A DNA stretch of 57,071 bases from Hemiscyllium ocellatum (lineage: Eukaryota): positions 62,001 to 119,071 of the forward strand of contig NW_026867728.1 of the NCBI RefSeq assembly GCF_020745735.1, given 5' to 3'. Shown here one piece after another: positions 34,290 to 47,404 of this stretch; position 1 is the first letter of the stretch; each line of letters opens with the position of its first letter. The position numbers were made by a program, and so were the translations under genes. The notes beneath the pieces are model-generated. The model did not search any database. It had not been told where the DNA came from and worked only from the letters and a program-made list of their open reading frames with translations.

Positions 34290-37200
34290 GGAGTGACTAT
34301 AAGTACTTACCCTTCGACGCCAGTGACCTTTTAGAGTGGGAGCAGCAGCGGAGGTAAGGTGAACCAGGAAGGCTACAGCTAAGGTAAAGGAGATGTTTAA
34401 CATTACTTACCGGTAGTCACCAGTGGTGTTTTTCCTCCACAGTAGGAGTGGGAGCAGTGGGCGAAGTGACACGGACCAGAGGGGCTGCTGGGAAGGAAAG
34501 TAAGTGACCATATATATTAGCAAGGCGGCTTGCTCCTCCTGCAGAATGTGGCAGGTGAGAGACATGACACACGTCTCCGCTGGCTCCATCTGCGGGAAGT
34601 GCACCCAACTCCAGCTCCTTTAAAATTGTGTTCGGGAATTGGAGCTGGAGCTGGATGAACTGCGGATCATTCGGGAGGCTGAGGGGGTAATTGAGAGGAG
34701 TTACCGGCAGTTGGTCACTCCTGAGGCTCAGGATAAGGATAGATGGGTTACAGTCAGGGGGAGGAAAGGGGACAGACAGACAGTGCAGAGATCCCCTGTG
34801 GACATTCCCCTCAGCAATAAGTATATCGTTTCGGATACTGCTGGGGGAGGGGATGACCGACCAGAGGAAAGCCATGGTGGTCAGTTCTCTGGCACTGAGC
34901 CTGACACTGTGGCCCAGAAGGGAAGGGGGGCAGAATAGAAAAGCGCAAGTGGTAGGGGACTCGAATGTTAGGGGAATTGACAGGAGATTGTGTGGTCAGG
35001 ATGGGGATTCCAGGAAGGTATGTTGCCTCCTGGTGCCAGGGTCCGGGATGTCTCCGATTGGGTGTATAAGATTCTGAAAGGGGAGGGCGAACAACCAGAA
35101 ATCATGTTGCATATTGGCACCAATGATATAGCCAGGAAAAGGATTGAGGATATAAAAAGTGATTTCAGGGAGTTAGGGTGGAAGCTGCAGAGCAGGACGA
35201 ACAGAGTCGTGTTCTCAGGTTTACTACTGGTGCCACGAGATAGTGAGGCGAGGACCAGGGAGCGGGCGCAGCTTAACACGTGGCTGTGCAGCTGGTATAG
35301 GAGGGAGGGCTTCAGATATGTAAATAATTGGGATGTCTTCTGGGGAAGGTGGGACCTGTACATGAAGGACGGGTTGCACCTGAACTGGAAGGGGACCAAT
35401 GTCCTGGGTGGGAGGTTTGCTCGAGTGGTTCAGGAGGGTTTAAACTAGTATGACGGGGAGGGTGGGAACCTGAGCTATATACTGGTGGTGAGAGTTGATG
35501 GAGATGAGGCAATAGCAAGAGGTAGCATAGCCAGTGGGTAGGAATTCCCTGGGAAAGAACCAAAGGATTGGTTCAAGTATGTTTACTTTAATGCAAGGAG
35601 TATCAGGAATAAAAGTGATGAGCTTAGAGCATGGATCAGTACCTGGTGCTATGATGTTGTGGCCATAACAGAGATGTGGGTTTCTCAGGGGCAGGAATGG
35701 TTGCTGGACGTTCCAGGGTTTAGAACATTTAAAAAGAATAGGGAGGGGGGAAAAAAGGAGGGGTGTAGCACTGCTAATCAGAGAGGGTATCACAGCTACA
35801 GAAGCTACCATTATCAAGGAGGGTCTGCCTACTGAGTCAGTATGGGTGGAAATTAGGAACAGTAAGGGAGCAGTCACCTCATTAGGGGTTTACTACAGAT
35901 CCTTCAATAGCAGCAGGGAGATTGAAGAAAGCATAGGTCAGCAGATTTTGGAAAAGTGTGAATGTAGTAGGGTTGTTGTAATGGGTGACTTTAACTTTCC
36001 CAATATTGATTGGAACCTCCTTCGAGCAGATGGTTTGGAAGGAGCTGTTTTTGTAAGGTGTGTTCAGGAGGGTTTTCTAACTCAGTCCGTTGACAGGCCA
36101 ATGAGGGGAGAAGCCATTTTGGATTTGGTGCAATGAGTCGGGGCAGGTGTCAGATCTTGCGGTGGGAGAGCATTTTGGTGATAGTGACTACAACTGCCTC
36201 ACATTCTACATAGCTATGGAGAAGGAGAGAAACAGGCACAATGGGAGGATATTTAATTGGGGAAAAGGAAACTATGATGCTATCAGATGTGAGTTGGGAA
36301 GCATGGACTGGGAGCAATTGTTCCATGGGAAGGGCACTATAGACATGTGGAGAATGTTTAAGGAACAGTTGTTGCGAGTGATGCATAAATGTGTTCCTCT
36401 GAGACAGGCAAGAAGGGATAAGATAAAGGAACCTTGGATGATGAGAGCAGAGGAACTTCTCGTCAAAAAAAGAAGGCAGCTTACGTAAGGTGGAGGAAGC
36501 TAGGGTCTTGTTCAGCTCTAGAGGATTACAGGCAGGTGAGGAAAGAGCTCAAAAATGGTCTGAGGAGAGCCAGGAGGGGGCACCAGAAAGGCTTGGCAGG
36601 AAGGATTAGGGAGAATCCAAAGGCATTTTACATGCATGTGAGGAATAAGAGAATGATCAAAGAAAGGGTAGGGCCAATCAGGGAAAGCATAGGGAACTTG
36701 TGTATAGAGTCTGAGGAGGTAGGGGAGGCCCGAAATGAGTTTTATGCTTCTGTCTTTACTAAAGAAAAGGACCTTGTAGTGAATGAAATCATTCAGGAGC
36801 GGGTAAGCATGCTGGAATGGATAGAGATTGAGGAAGCTGATGTGCTGAAAATTGTGACAAACATTAAGATTGACAAGTCACCAGGGCCAGACCAGATTTG
36901 TCCTTGGCTGCTTTGGGAAGCGAGAAATGTGATTGCTTCGCCACATGCGAAGATCTTTGCATTCTCGCTCTCCACCAGAGTCATACCTGAGGACTGGAGA
37001 GAGGCAAATGTAATTCCTCTCTTCAAGAAAGGAAATAGGGAAATCCCCGGCAATTACAGACCAGTAAGTCTCACGTCTGTCGTCTGCAAGGTGTTAGAAA
37101 GGATTCTGAGAGATAGGATTTATGACCATCCGGAAGGTCTTAGATTACTTAGATTACTTACAGTGTGGAAACAGGCCCTTCAGCCCAACAAGTCCACACC

Positions 37201-38733
37201 GACCCGCCGAAGCGCAACCCACCCATACCCCTACATTTACCCCTTACTACTGCCAATTCACCTGACCTGCACATCTTTGGACTGTGGGAGGAAACCGGAG
37301 CACCCGGAGGAAACCCACGCAGACACGGGGAGAACGTGCAAACTCCACACAGACAGTCGCCTGAGGCGGGAATTGAACCCAGGTCCCTGGTGCTGTGAGG
37401 CAGCAGTGCTAACCACTGTGTCACCGTGCCGCCCCCACTGTGCCACCGTGCCGCCCAGGTCATGGCTTGACTAAATGCAGTCAGCACAGCTTTGTGAGGG
37501 GAAGGTCATGCCTCACAAATCTTATTGAGTTCTTTGAGGATGTTACGAGACAAGTTGATGAGGGTCGAGCGGTGGATGCAGTGTATGTGGACTTCAGTAA
37601 GACATTTGATAGGGTTCCCCATGGTAGGCTCGTTCAGAAGGTCAGGAGGAATGGGATACAGGGAAATTTAGCTGTCTGGATACAGAATTGGCTGGTCGAC
37701 AGAAGACAGTGAGTGGTAGTGGAAGAAAAGTATTCTGCCTGGAGGTGAGCGGTGTTCCACAGGGCTCTGTTCTTGGGCCTCTACTCTTTGTAATTTTTAT
37801 TAATGACTTGGATGAGGAGATTGAAGGATGGGTTTACAAGTTTGCAGTTGACACAAAGGTTGGAGATGTCGTTGACAGTATAGAGGACTGTTGTAGACGC
37901 AGCGTGACATTGACAGGATGCACAGATGAGCAGAGAGGTGGCAGATGGAGTTCAACCTGGATAAATGTGAAGTGATGCATTTTGGAAGGTCGTACTTGAA
38001 AGTTGAGCACAGGATTCAAGACAGGATTCGTGGCAGTGTGGAGGAACAGGGGGATCTTGGTGTGCAGGTACATAGATCCCTTAAAATTGCCACCCAAAGT
38101 GAACAGGGTTGTTAAGAAAGCATATGGTGTTTTGGCTTTCATTAACAGGGGGATTGAGTTTAAGAAACATGAGATCTTGTTGCAGCTCTATAAAACTTTG
38201 GTTAGACTGCACTTGGAATACTGTGTCCAGTTCTGGTCGCCCTATTATAGGAAAGATGTGGATGCTTTGGAGAGGGTTCAGAGGAGGTTTACCAGGGTGC
38301 TGCTGGACTGGAGGGCTTATCTTACGAAGAGAGGTTGACTGAGCTCGGACTTTTTTCTTTGGAAAAAAGAAGGAAGAGAGGGGAACCTAACTGAGGTGTA
38401 CAAGATAATGAGAGGCATAGATAGAGTTGATAGCCAGAGACTTTTTCCCAGAGCAGAAATTGTTAACACGAGGGGTCATAGTTTTAAGCTGTTTGGCAGA
38501 AAGTATAGAGGGGATGTCAGAGGTGGGTTCTTTATGCAGAGAGTTGTGAGGGCATGGAATGCGTTGCCAGCAGCAGGTGTGGAAGCGAGATCATTGGGGA
38601 TATTTAAGAGAGCTGCTGGACATGCATATAGTCACATACATTTGGGGATTCGTACATTAGGTTTACCTTATGTGAGGATCAATGGTTGGCACAACATCGT
38701 GGGCTGAAGGGCCTGTTCTGTGCTGTACTGTTA
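34290..38733 (+). mobile_element. Near full-length CR1 LINE: 5'UTR, ORF1 (zinc finger plus GDSL/SGNH esterase), ORF2 (APE plus RT), 3' tail; defective
   Basis: ORF1 CSSCRMW..CGKCTQLQLL, VVGDSNVRG, LHIGTND, DGLHLN. ORF2 [61 protein letters not shown]. Multiple stops; SINE inserted at 37140. Confidence 0.95.
37140..37456 (-). mobile_element. Young tRNA-derived SINE inserted in CR1 ORF2, with a tandemly duplicated 5' end
   Basis: Close to consensus. ccactgtg(t/c)caccgtgccgccc occurs twice. Short TSD aggtc. Confidence 0.92.
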
Positions 38734-38744
38734 AAAAAAATCAC

Positions 38745-39240
38745 ATTCTTGAGATAACGTACAGTTTTAGAGTAAAAGGTGACATCTTAGTTCAGTTAAT
38801 GCATTAAAGGTGTGAGGTTAGAGTCTGTCTGTATTCCAATCTTGAGTCAGACTGGTTCTATTTCCAAAGTAGGAATTTATAAAATGTTACATGGATTGGC
38901 TGCCTGCATTGACTGCCTGCAGTTGTGGACTTTTTGACAAAATGGAATTTCCCTGCACTTTTGCAAATTCACATTCACCCAATATAAATGTGTGTGAGCA
39001 TGTGAGGGACAGAGAGAGAGTGTGTGTATGTGTGTGAGTGAGGGAGTGAGAGACTGTGAGTGTTTGTACTTGAGCGTGCATGTGTGGATGTGAATGGAAG
39101 TGCTTGAGAGTGTGTTTGCGTGTGTGCGTACTTGGTAGTCTGTGTGAGTGTGACGGTGTATAAGCCTGTGAGATGATTTGTGTTTGGGATGAGTGTATGT
39201 GTGTGTGTCTGAGAGAGAGCGGGTGTACGAGAAAGGGCCC
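38745..39240 (-). mobile_element. Probable Penelope-like 3' region with (GT/GA)n tract
   Basis: Resembles the internal flank of the family-B tails and contains the gtgtgtgagagag microsatellite. No ORF motif seen. Confidence 0.45.
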
Positions 39241-39559
39241 TTTGGTCATCTCCCTGCACTAACTGGTTTTTACTTGAATAAACGTTGGCCACGTGCCTGG
39301 ATCCTGTCTGCCTCCTGAGTCTTTGTACCCATTCGGGGGGACAATGTAAAGGTGCTTTCCTTCTGGTTAATTTCAATTTTAAAAAGTAGAAGGAGTTTTA
39401 CTCTGGATCCAACCCTGAGCTGTGGCTGTCCTGGGAGTGTTTGATGGAGACAGTGCTGAAAGAGCTTTACTCTGTCTCTAACACTGTCCTGCCCCAGCTC
39501 ACAGAGTGTTTGATGCTGAAGTTGATGATTTTGAGAATTGTGTTGGAAGCTTTTTCTGA

Positions 39560-39695
39560 ACGGTTGCTGTGGTTGGTGCCTCTGTTTTAGAATAGCTTTG
39601 TCATTCTCTCAGCTCCTACTGACCGTACATGGACTTCCCGTTTGTTGTTCGTATCGTGTATGATTGCCTCACATTTATTTGGCAGGAAGTCAAGT
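39560..39695 (+). promoter_or_regulatory. Candidate myeloid-type promoter motifs upstream of the plus-strand leader exon (RUNX TGTGGTT 39568-39574; ETS ACTTCCC 39633-39639; CAGGAAGT 39683-39690)
   Basis: Consensus matches. The RUNX site and first ETS site are conserved in the paralog. Confidence 0.4.
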
Positions 39696-39755
39696 AACTT
39701 CTGTAAAAGGACAAGAGTAAGTGAGTGAGAAGGATGAAATGGTGAAGTATTAACG

Positions 39756-39816
39756 ATGAGGTCTCTCTATGTTTGTCTTTCTGCATTCCTGCTGTCAGTC
39801 TCAGTACAGGGTCACA
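39756..39816 (+). CDS. Signal-peptide (leader) exon MRSLYVCLSAFLLSVSVQGH, probable exon 1 of the gene containing the V exon at 53147
   Basis: ATG, hydrophobic core, VQG cleavage-like motif and a canonical phase-1 donor CACA|gtaagt. The phase fits the V-exon acceptor. A paralog at 2766-2829 keeps the frame without indels. The link to the V exon is inferred. Confidence 0.72.
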
Positions 39817-40829
39817 GTAAGTACTTTCTAATACTGACCTTTCAAATCCACTTTGTTCATCATGGAATTGCCTCCTCCTTGATGGTCTGTTTGCTGTCTG
39901 GTATTTAGTTCCCAAACTGTTACTGCTCAGCACGATGTGCCTTTTCCTTCACTGCGGTTTCTTCATCAGGGAGAAATCATTTGTTTTATCAAAAATGAAA
40001 ACAGTGACAATTGACTATTCCGAGCGTGATGATTTATTCCTTCATGTTTTCCTTGTAGACTCATCAACCTTAGACATTTACAGTGTAGAAGGAGGCCATT
40101 TTGGGTGATCATGTCTGTATCAGTCAACGATGATCTCACTCTACTTCTCCCATTTTGCAGCTCTCCATCTAAAAGCCTTCTTAACCAACTTATTGAGGGC
40201 TTTAATGTAATTAGTGGGGTGGAGATCGCGGTGGGAGGTGGGATTCAGTTGGAGGGAATTTTGAAAATCAAAAAGGGATGTTGTTCAGAGGGTCAATGTG
40301 GATTTGTTGGGTCAAATCTCCTGTTTTCACACTGCAGGGATTCGGAAAAATAGAAATGACAGAGCAGAGGTGCAGGCTACTGAAGAGGCAAATAGAAATG
40401 CAAATGAACATTGAAGTACAAATGTTACCAGAGTTTATAACTCAACCGCCCTTTCAGGCAGTGAGTTCCAGACTCTTATTAACCTCTACATGAGGAAGAA
40501 TCTGTTAAGTCTCCTCTCACCCTCTATCTCTGACCTTAAATCTATCTTTCCTGTTTACTGACCCCAGTATGAATGAAGAAAGGACCTTCTTCCCTATCCT
40601 ATCTGAGCACTCATAATTATCCATGTTTTATTAGTTTTCCTGTCAACCAATCAAAAAAAAAGAGAGAGCAGATAATGCAGGGTATTGAAGGGGTGAATGA
40701 TAATCAAAGTGTGATGGGAAAGAGTAGGAGATGTACAGAGAAACATTGAATTTGGTACTGGGCAATAAACTGGGCCAGCTGTTAGATTAGGTGACAGTGA
40801 CCACAATTCAGTTAAGTTTACTTTAGTGA

Positions 40830-43625
40830 TGGAAAGGTGCAGGTATATGCTGCAGGGCAAGAGTTATAGCTGGGGGAAAGGCAGTTATGATGCAATGAGG
40901 CAAGATTTATGAAGCATAAGATGGGGAACGAAACTGCAGGGGATGGTCACAATTGAAATGTGGAGCCTGTTCAAGGAACAGCTCCTGCGTGTCCTTGATA
41001 AGTATGTCCCTGTCAGGCAGGGAGGACGTGGTTCAGTGAAGGAACCATGATTTATGAAAGAAGTTGAAGCTCCTGTCAAGAGGAAGAAGGAGACTGATGG
41101 AAAGATGTGATGGGAGACTCAGATAGGGCACTTGATTGTTACTTGATGTTGGCAGGAAGGACCAAAAGAGAGAGCTAAGAAGAGTCAGGAGGGGGCATGA
41201 GAACTCTTTGGCAGGTAGGATCAAGGAACCCCTAAAGCTTCCTTTCAGTGTATCTGGAATAAAAAGATGACAACAGAAAGATTAGGGCAAGTCAACGACA
41301 GTAGTGGGAAGTTGTGTGTGGAATCTGAAGAGATAGGAGCGGCGTTAAATTAATATGCTTCGTCTGGGTGTCACAGTGGCTCAGTGGTTAGCACTGCTGC
41401 CTCACAGCGCCAGGGACCTGGGTTCGATTCCTACCTCAGGCGACTGCCTGTGTGGAGTTTACACATTCTCCCCGTGTCTGTGTGGGTTGTCTCTGGGTGC
41501 TCCAGTTTCCTCTCATATTCCTAGAATGGAGAGGTCAGGTGAATTGGTCATGCTAAATTGCCCATTGTGTTCGGTGCATTGGTCATCGGTAAATATAGGG
41601 TTGGGAAATGTGTATGGGTGGGCTACTCTTCGGAGTGTTGCTGTGGACATGTTGGGCCAAATGGCCTGTTTCCATACTGTAGGGAATCTAATCTAATCAA
41701 AGTATTCACACAGGAAAAAGACATTGTTGTCGAGGAGAATACTGAGGTGCAGACTATTAGACAAGACGTTTCCACATTAAACTCCATTTACCACCTCTCA
41801 GCACAGTTCTGCAGCTTATCTTTGTCCCTCTGTAATCTGCAACACTCTTCTGCACTGTCCACAGCTCCGCTGACATTAGTGTCATCTGCAAATTTACTAG
41901 CCCATCCTTCTATGCCCTCATCCAGGTCATTGATAAAAATGACAAACAGCAGTGGCCCCAAAACTGATCATTGTGGTACATCCACTAGTAACTGAACTCT
42001 AGGATGAAAATTTCCCATCAACCACTATCCTCTGTCTTCTTCCAGTGAGCCAATGTCTGATCCAAACTGGTAAATCATTAGGAGAAGGTGTTAGCAATGC
42101 GAGAAAGTGTGGAAATAGATAAATAGATAGATTTATCCAAGGACTCTCTGGGAAGTCAGGAAGGAGATTGCAGAGCTTTTGGTTTTGATCTTTATGTCAT
42201 CATTGTCTACAGGAATAGTGCCGGAAGACTGGAGGACAGCAACAGTTGTCCCCTTGTTCATGAGGGGAGTAGAGATCACCTGGTTATTATAGACCAGTGA
42301 GCCTGACTTCGGGTGTGAGTGAATGTTGGAAAGGATTATAAGAGATAGGATTTATAATCATCCACAAAGAAATAAATTGATTAGGAATAGGCAACACTGT
42401 TTTTGTGAAGTGTAGGTCATGCCTCAAAACCTTATTGAGATGGTGACCAAACAGGTGGATGAGGATAAAGTGGTTGATGTGGTATATATGGATTTCAGTC
42501 AAGCGTTTTATATAATTCCCCATGGTTGGCTATTGCAAAATATACGGAGGCATGGGCTTGAGGGTGATTTAGCAGTTTGGAGCAGAAATTGGCTAGCTGA
42601 AAGAAGAAAGAGGGAGGTGGTTGATGGGAAATGTTCATCCTGGTGTTCAATTAGTAGTGGTGTACTCCAAGGATCTGTTTTGGGGCCACTACTGTTTGTC
42701 ATTTTTATAAATGACTTGGATGAGGGTGTAGAAGGGTGGGTAAGTATATTTGCAGATGGCACTAAAGTCAGAGGAGTTGTGTACAGTGCTGAAGGATGTT
42801 ATAGGTTACAGAGGGACATAGATAAGCTGCAGAGGTGGGCTGAAATGTGGCAAATGGAGTTTGATGTGGAAAAGTGTGAGGTGATTCACTTTGGAAGGAG
42901 TAATAGGAATACAGAGTACTGGGCTGATGGTAAGATTCTTGGTAATGTGGATGAGCAGAGAGATCTCGATGCCCATGTGCATTGATCGCTGAAAGTTGCC
43001 ACCCAGGATGATAGGTTTTTTAAGCAGGCTTACAGTGTGTTAGCTTTAATTGGGAGAGAGATTGTGTTTCAGAACAAGAGGTCATGTTGCAGCTGTACAA
43101 AACTCTGGTGCGGCCACACTTGGAGTATTACATACAGGTCTCGTCAGTACATTGTAGGAAGGATGTGGAAGCTTTTGGAAAGGGTTCAGAGGAAATTTAC
43201 GAAGATATTGCCTGGTATGGTCTTATGAGGAAAGGCTGAGGGACTTGAGGCTGTTTTCGTTAGCGAGAAGACGGTTGAGAGGTGACTAATAGAGAATATA
43301 AGATGATCAAAGAATTAGATAAGGTAGACAGTGAGAGTCTTTTTCCTCGGATGGTGGTGGCTAGCACGTGGGGACATAGCTTTAAACTGAGAGTTGATCG
43401 ATAGAGGACAGATGTCAGAGGTAGGTTCTTTACTCAGAGAGTAGGAAGGGCATGGAATGCCCCACCTGCAACAGTAATAGACTAACCAACTTTAAGGGCT
43501 ATTAAATGGTTATTGGTAAATATATGGATGATAATGGAATAGTGTAGGTTAGATGGGCTTCAGGTTGGTGCAACATTGAGGGCCGAAGGGCCTGTATGTC
43601 GTTGTATTGTTCTGTGTTCTACGTT
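40830..43625 (+). mobile_element. CR1 ORF2 and 3' end, with an embedded SINE (41363-41699) and an inverted CR1 RT piece (41765-42078)
   Basis: [47 protein letters not shown]; gttct-type tail at about 43600-43625. Confidence 0.9.
41363..41699 (+). mobile_element. tRNA-derived SINE (HE1/V-SINE-like)
   Basis: A-box tggctcagtgg, B-box ggttcgattcc, (aatct)n tail. Confidence 0.92.
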
Positions 43626-44229
43626 TTAAAGATGTAGTAGAAATTAACAGCAGCTTAACAAATAAAGTTAAAAAATTTCAACTTTGGGCTCTTTATCTCT
43701 GTCTGGAAAAACAGTCAAAAAGTGAAAGGAGTTGGGGTCACATTGTTAATAAAGGAGGGTATCAGTGTGGTGATGAGGAGTGATACAAGTACAAGAGTTC
43801 ATGATGTGGAATCAGTTCAGGGAATGGGGAAAGTAGAAAGTAAGGTGACCAATGACAGACATTAAAATTGCGATTTCCCAAAGCTGAGTGTGAATTTATT
43901 CTGAAAAAGTTGATGAGACGGAGAAACTACCTGAGGTGAACAAAGATGGTCAAGGAGAGTATCCAAACAAAAACTAACATACGTCAAACAGAAAATCCAG
44001 TGCGAGGCCAGAGGGTCGAGACATTGTTTTAGAAATTGTGAAATGTAAGAATAACAAGACCAGAGAACCAGAAATGCCAAGGAATACTCAAAACTGGATA
44101 AAAAGGAATAGAGAGCCGTACAACAGGTATGAAATGGGTAAAACAACACAGACCCGAGGGGAGTGCAGGTAGTTCAGGGGAGTCTCAAAAAGCAATAGGA
44201 GAGCAAAGAGAATTCTGTGAAAACACTGG

Positions 44230-46025
44230 CGGGAAAGATGAGGGAGAATCCCAGAATTCTACAAGTGTATCAAGGGGAAGAGAATAACTGGGGAGAGAGT
44301 CAGGCCTATTAGGGACTGAGGGGGCAACCTGTACATGCATCTGGAGGACAATGGTAGAGGGTTAAGTGAATATTTTACATCTGACCTTACCCTGGAGTAA
44401 AGTATTCAAGAAGATTGACTGTGAAGCTCCTGAGCAGATTGATATATAAAGTGAGGAGATATTGTTGGTTCTGGCTTTGTAAAAGTGGATAAATCACCAA
44501 GGGCAGTTGTATATCAGCCTCCTGTGGGAGATGGGGGAAGAAATTACAGGGGTTCTGATCCAAAACAGTAAATTGTCTCTGGCGACTGGGAGATACTAGA
44601 GGATTGGACAACAGCCAGTGGTTCCACTTGACAAGAAGACTGGCAGAGATAGAACAGGGAACTATAGACAGTGAGTGTAACATTAGTATTGGGGCAATTA
44701 CTGATGGAAACAGTGAAGTAGGGGATTAATCTCCATTTTGAGAAACAAGTTTTAATCAGGGATAGTCAGTGTGGGTTTGTCAGAGGGAGGGCATGCCTTA
44801 CAAACCTGGTGGAATATTTTGAGGAGGTGACCAAGTGTTTGGATGAGAGTAGGGCAGTTATGTTTTTCATATGGATTTCAGCAAGGTCTTTGGGAAAGTT
44901 CCACTTGGGAAACTGATAAAGAAAGCAAACACTTGTCTGATCCAAGGTAATTTGGGAAGTTGGATTCAAAATTAGCTCAAGGACAGGAGACAAAGGATGG
45001 TGATTGAAGAATGTTTGTGTGACTAGAGCTTGGTGTGCACTTGTGTACCACAGGGATCAATGCTGGGTCCTTCATTGTTTGTGATGTTCATAATTTATGT
45101 GGATGGGCATGTTAGGGGAATGATTTGTACATTTGTGGATGAGACAAAGATTGGCTGGGTAGTTGACAGTGAGGAGAGAGCTGTTAGGTTATGGGAGGAT
45201 ACAAATGGATTGATAAGATGGGCAGATCAATGGCAAATGGAATTTAACCCTTACAAATTTGAGGTGACACACTTCAGAAGAAGGATCAAGACAAGGGAGT
45301 AGCCAATGAATGAGAATACTAGCAAGCTCAGATGACCAGGGGATTCTTGGTTGTGTTTGTCTGCAGATCCCTTTAAGATGGCAGGAGAGGTTGACAGGGA
45401 GTTATGAAGGCATATGGGCGACTTGCATTTATCACTTGTAGCATATATTATAGGTGCACTGAGGTCATGTTGTGGCTGTACAGAAGTTTGGTTTAGTCAC
45501 AGCTGGAATAGGGTGAGCAGTTCTGGTCACCACATGATCAGAAGGATGTGACCGCACTGTAGGAGGCTGACCAGGATGTTCCTGGGATAGACCAGTCCAG
45601 CTGTGAAGACAGGCTGGATAAACCTGAGCTGTATTCTTTGGAACAGAGAAGGTTGAGGGGGGACTGATCAAGGTTTCTCAGATTATGAGGGGTATGGTCA
45701 GGTGAATATAAAGCAGCTATTCCCCTTAGTTGAAGGGTCAATAACAAGGAGCACCATTTTGAAGTGAAGGCAGGAGGTTTGGAGGGGAGTTGAGGAAAGG
45801 CTATTTTACCCAGAGGGTGGTGGAACTCTGGAATGCACTGCCTCAGAGGGTAGTTGAGGCAGGAAACCCACAACTTGTAAAAATTATTTGGATGAAAACT
45901 TGTGGTGTCATAACATTCAAGGCTATTGGCTGAGTGCAGGAAAGTGGGACTTGTGTTGGTAGGATATATTTTGGTGGTCCAGTCTTAATGGGCCACTTCT
46001 GCACCGTCTGATTCTGTGATTCTAA
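44230..46025 (+). mobile_element. Degenerate CR1 ORF2 and 3' end
   Basis: VPQGSMLGPSLF, FVDETK, MEFNPYKFEV; FTQRVVELWNALP-like end. Confidence 0.85.
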
Positions 46026-46249
46026 ACCAACTGCAGATGCCAATAAAGATCGTAAAGGTGGAGACAATTGGGATGACAGTAACTGGACAAGCAATATAAA
46101 AACTAACAGCAATCGTTGCTCTGAGCATGTACAGAGAAAGAAAATAATTGTGGAACTGCGTGAGGGAAAAAGTTGGGAATTTAGAACATGGAACAGGGAA
46201 ATGGCAGATAATTTAGAGTTACATGGTGATCAGCTTATAGAAGTTAACA

Positions 46250-47400
46250 GCACAGAAGGCCATTCCACCCTTTGAGTCTGTGCTGGTCACCTATCTATTC
46301 TAATCTGATTATCCAGCACTTGCCCTCATATACCTCATGACCAGCCTGTAAATAGTTTCTTTCTGCCAAAGGCTATGCTTTTCATTATTTATCACCCCAG
46401 CAAGTTGTTTATCCTCTGTGAACTTGTTAATCAATCTGCCTACATATAAGTTTATATCATTGATATAAACCACAGACAACAAGGGTCCCAACACCTACCC
46501 CGGTGGGCCCCCAGTGAACACAAACATCCAGTCGGATAAAGGTCCCTCATCCTTCATCTTCTACTTCCTGCCAGTCAGCAAATTGTGGATCCAATTTGCC
46601 AAATGTCCTTGGATCCCGTGGGCTCTGACCTTTGCTATCAGTCTCCCATGTGGAGATTGATAAAAGCCTTGCTGAAGTCTGAGTAGACAACATCAAAATC
46701 ATTGCCTCATCTGCACACCTGGTCTTGGCTTCAAACAAATTCAATTCTGTTGGTTAGATATAAGACCGTAGGAGATTGGAGTAGAACTAAGCCATTTGAC
46801 CAATCAAGTCTGCTCTGTTTGTGATCATGGCTGATATGTTCCTCAAACACATTCTCTGCCTTCTCCCCATAACACCCTTGAACCCCTGACTGATCAAGAA
46901 CCCTGTCAGAAATACACTCAATGACTTGGCCTCCACAGCCCTCTGCAGCAATGAGTTGTAATGAGTTCTCAGCACAAACTGAAGAAATTCTTCCCCATCT
47001 CAAATCTAACCCTGCACTCTGTGGCTGTGCCCCTGGGTCCTCATCTCTCCCCCGAGTAGAAACATCTTCACGTTCATGATACCCAGGCCTATCAGTATTC
47101 TGTAAGTTTCAATCAGATCCCCCTCATCCTCCTAAACTCCCTTGAGTACAGACCCAGAATCTGTACTCATCATAACAAGTCTTAGTCCCCTGGGTCATTC
47201 TTGTAACTTCCTTGATCTCTTCCAATGCCAACAGCTCCATCCTCAGATATGGGGCCCAAAACTGCTGTCAATATTCCAAATGTGGTCTGGCCAGATATAG
47301 CCTTATACAGCATAGGCAATACACCCCCTAGCCTTGTATTTACACCCTCTCGGATGTAATGTTAACATTGCATTTGTTTTCTGAACTGCCAACTGTACTT
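46250..47400 (-). mobile_element. CR1 fragments
   Basis: MLGPLLSVVYINDI and ADEAMILMLST pieces, plus a CR1 3'UTR. Confidence 0.7.
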
Positions 47401-47404
47401 AGAA

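Larger units (their letters stand above)
39400..40110 (+). repeat. Segmental duplication partner of 2040-3350
   Basis: Same blocks as 2040-3350 in the opposite orientation. Confidence 0.8.

Noticed and set aside
36434-37474. Longest ORF in the track (346 aa)
   Set aside because: It is CR1 ORF2 reading through into an antisense SINE, not a host gene.
14135-41699. tRNA-like A/B-box sequences (tggctcagtggttagcact...ggttcgattcc) at several sites
   Set aside because: Each continues into the same ~250-bp body and (aatct)n tail, so these are SINE heads and not tRNA genes.
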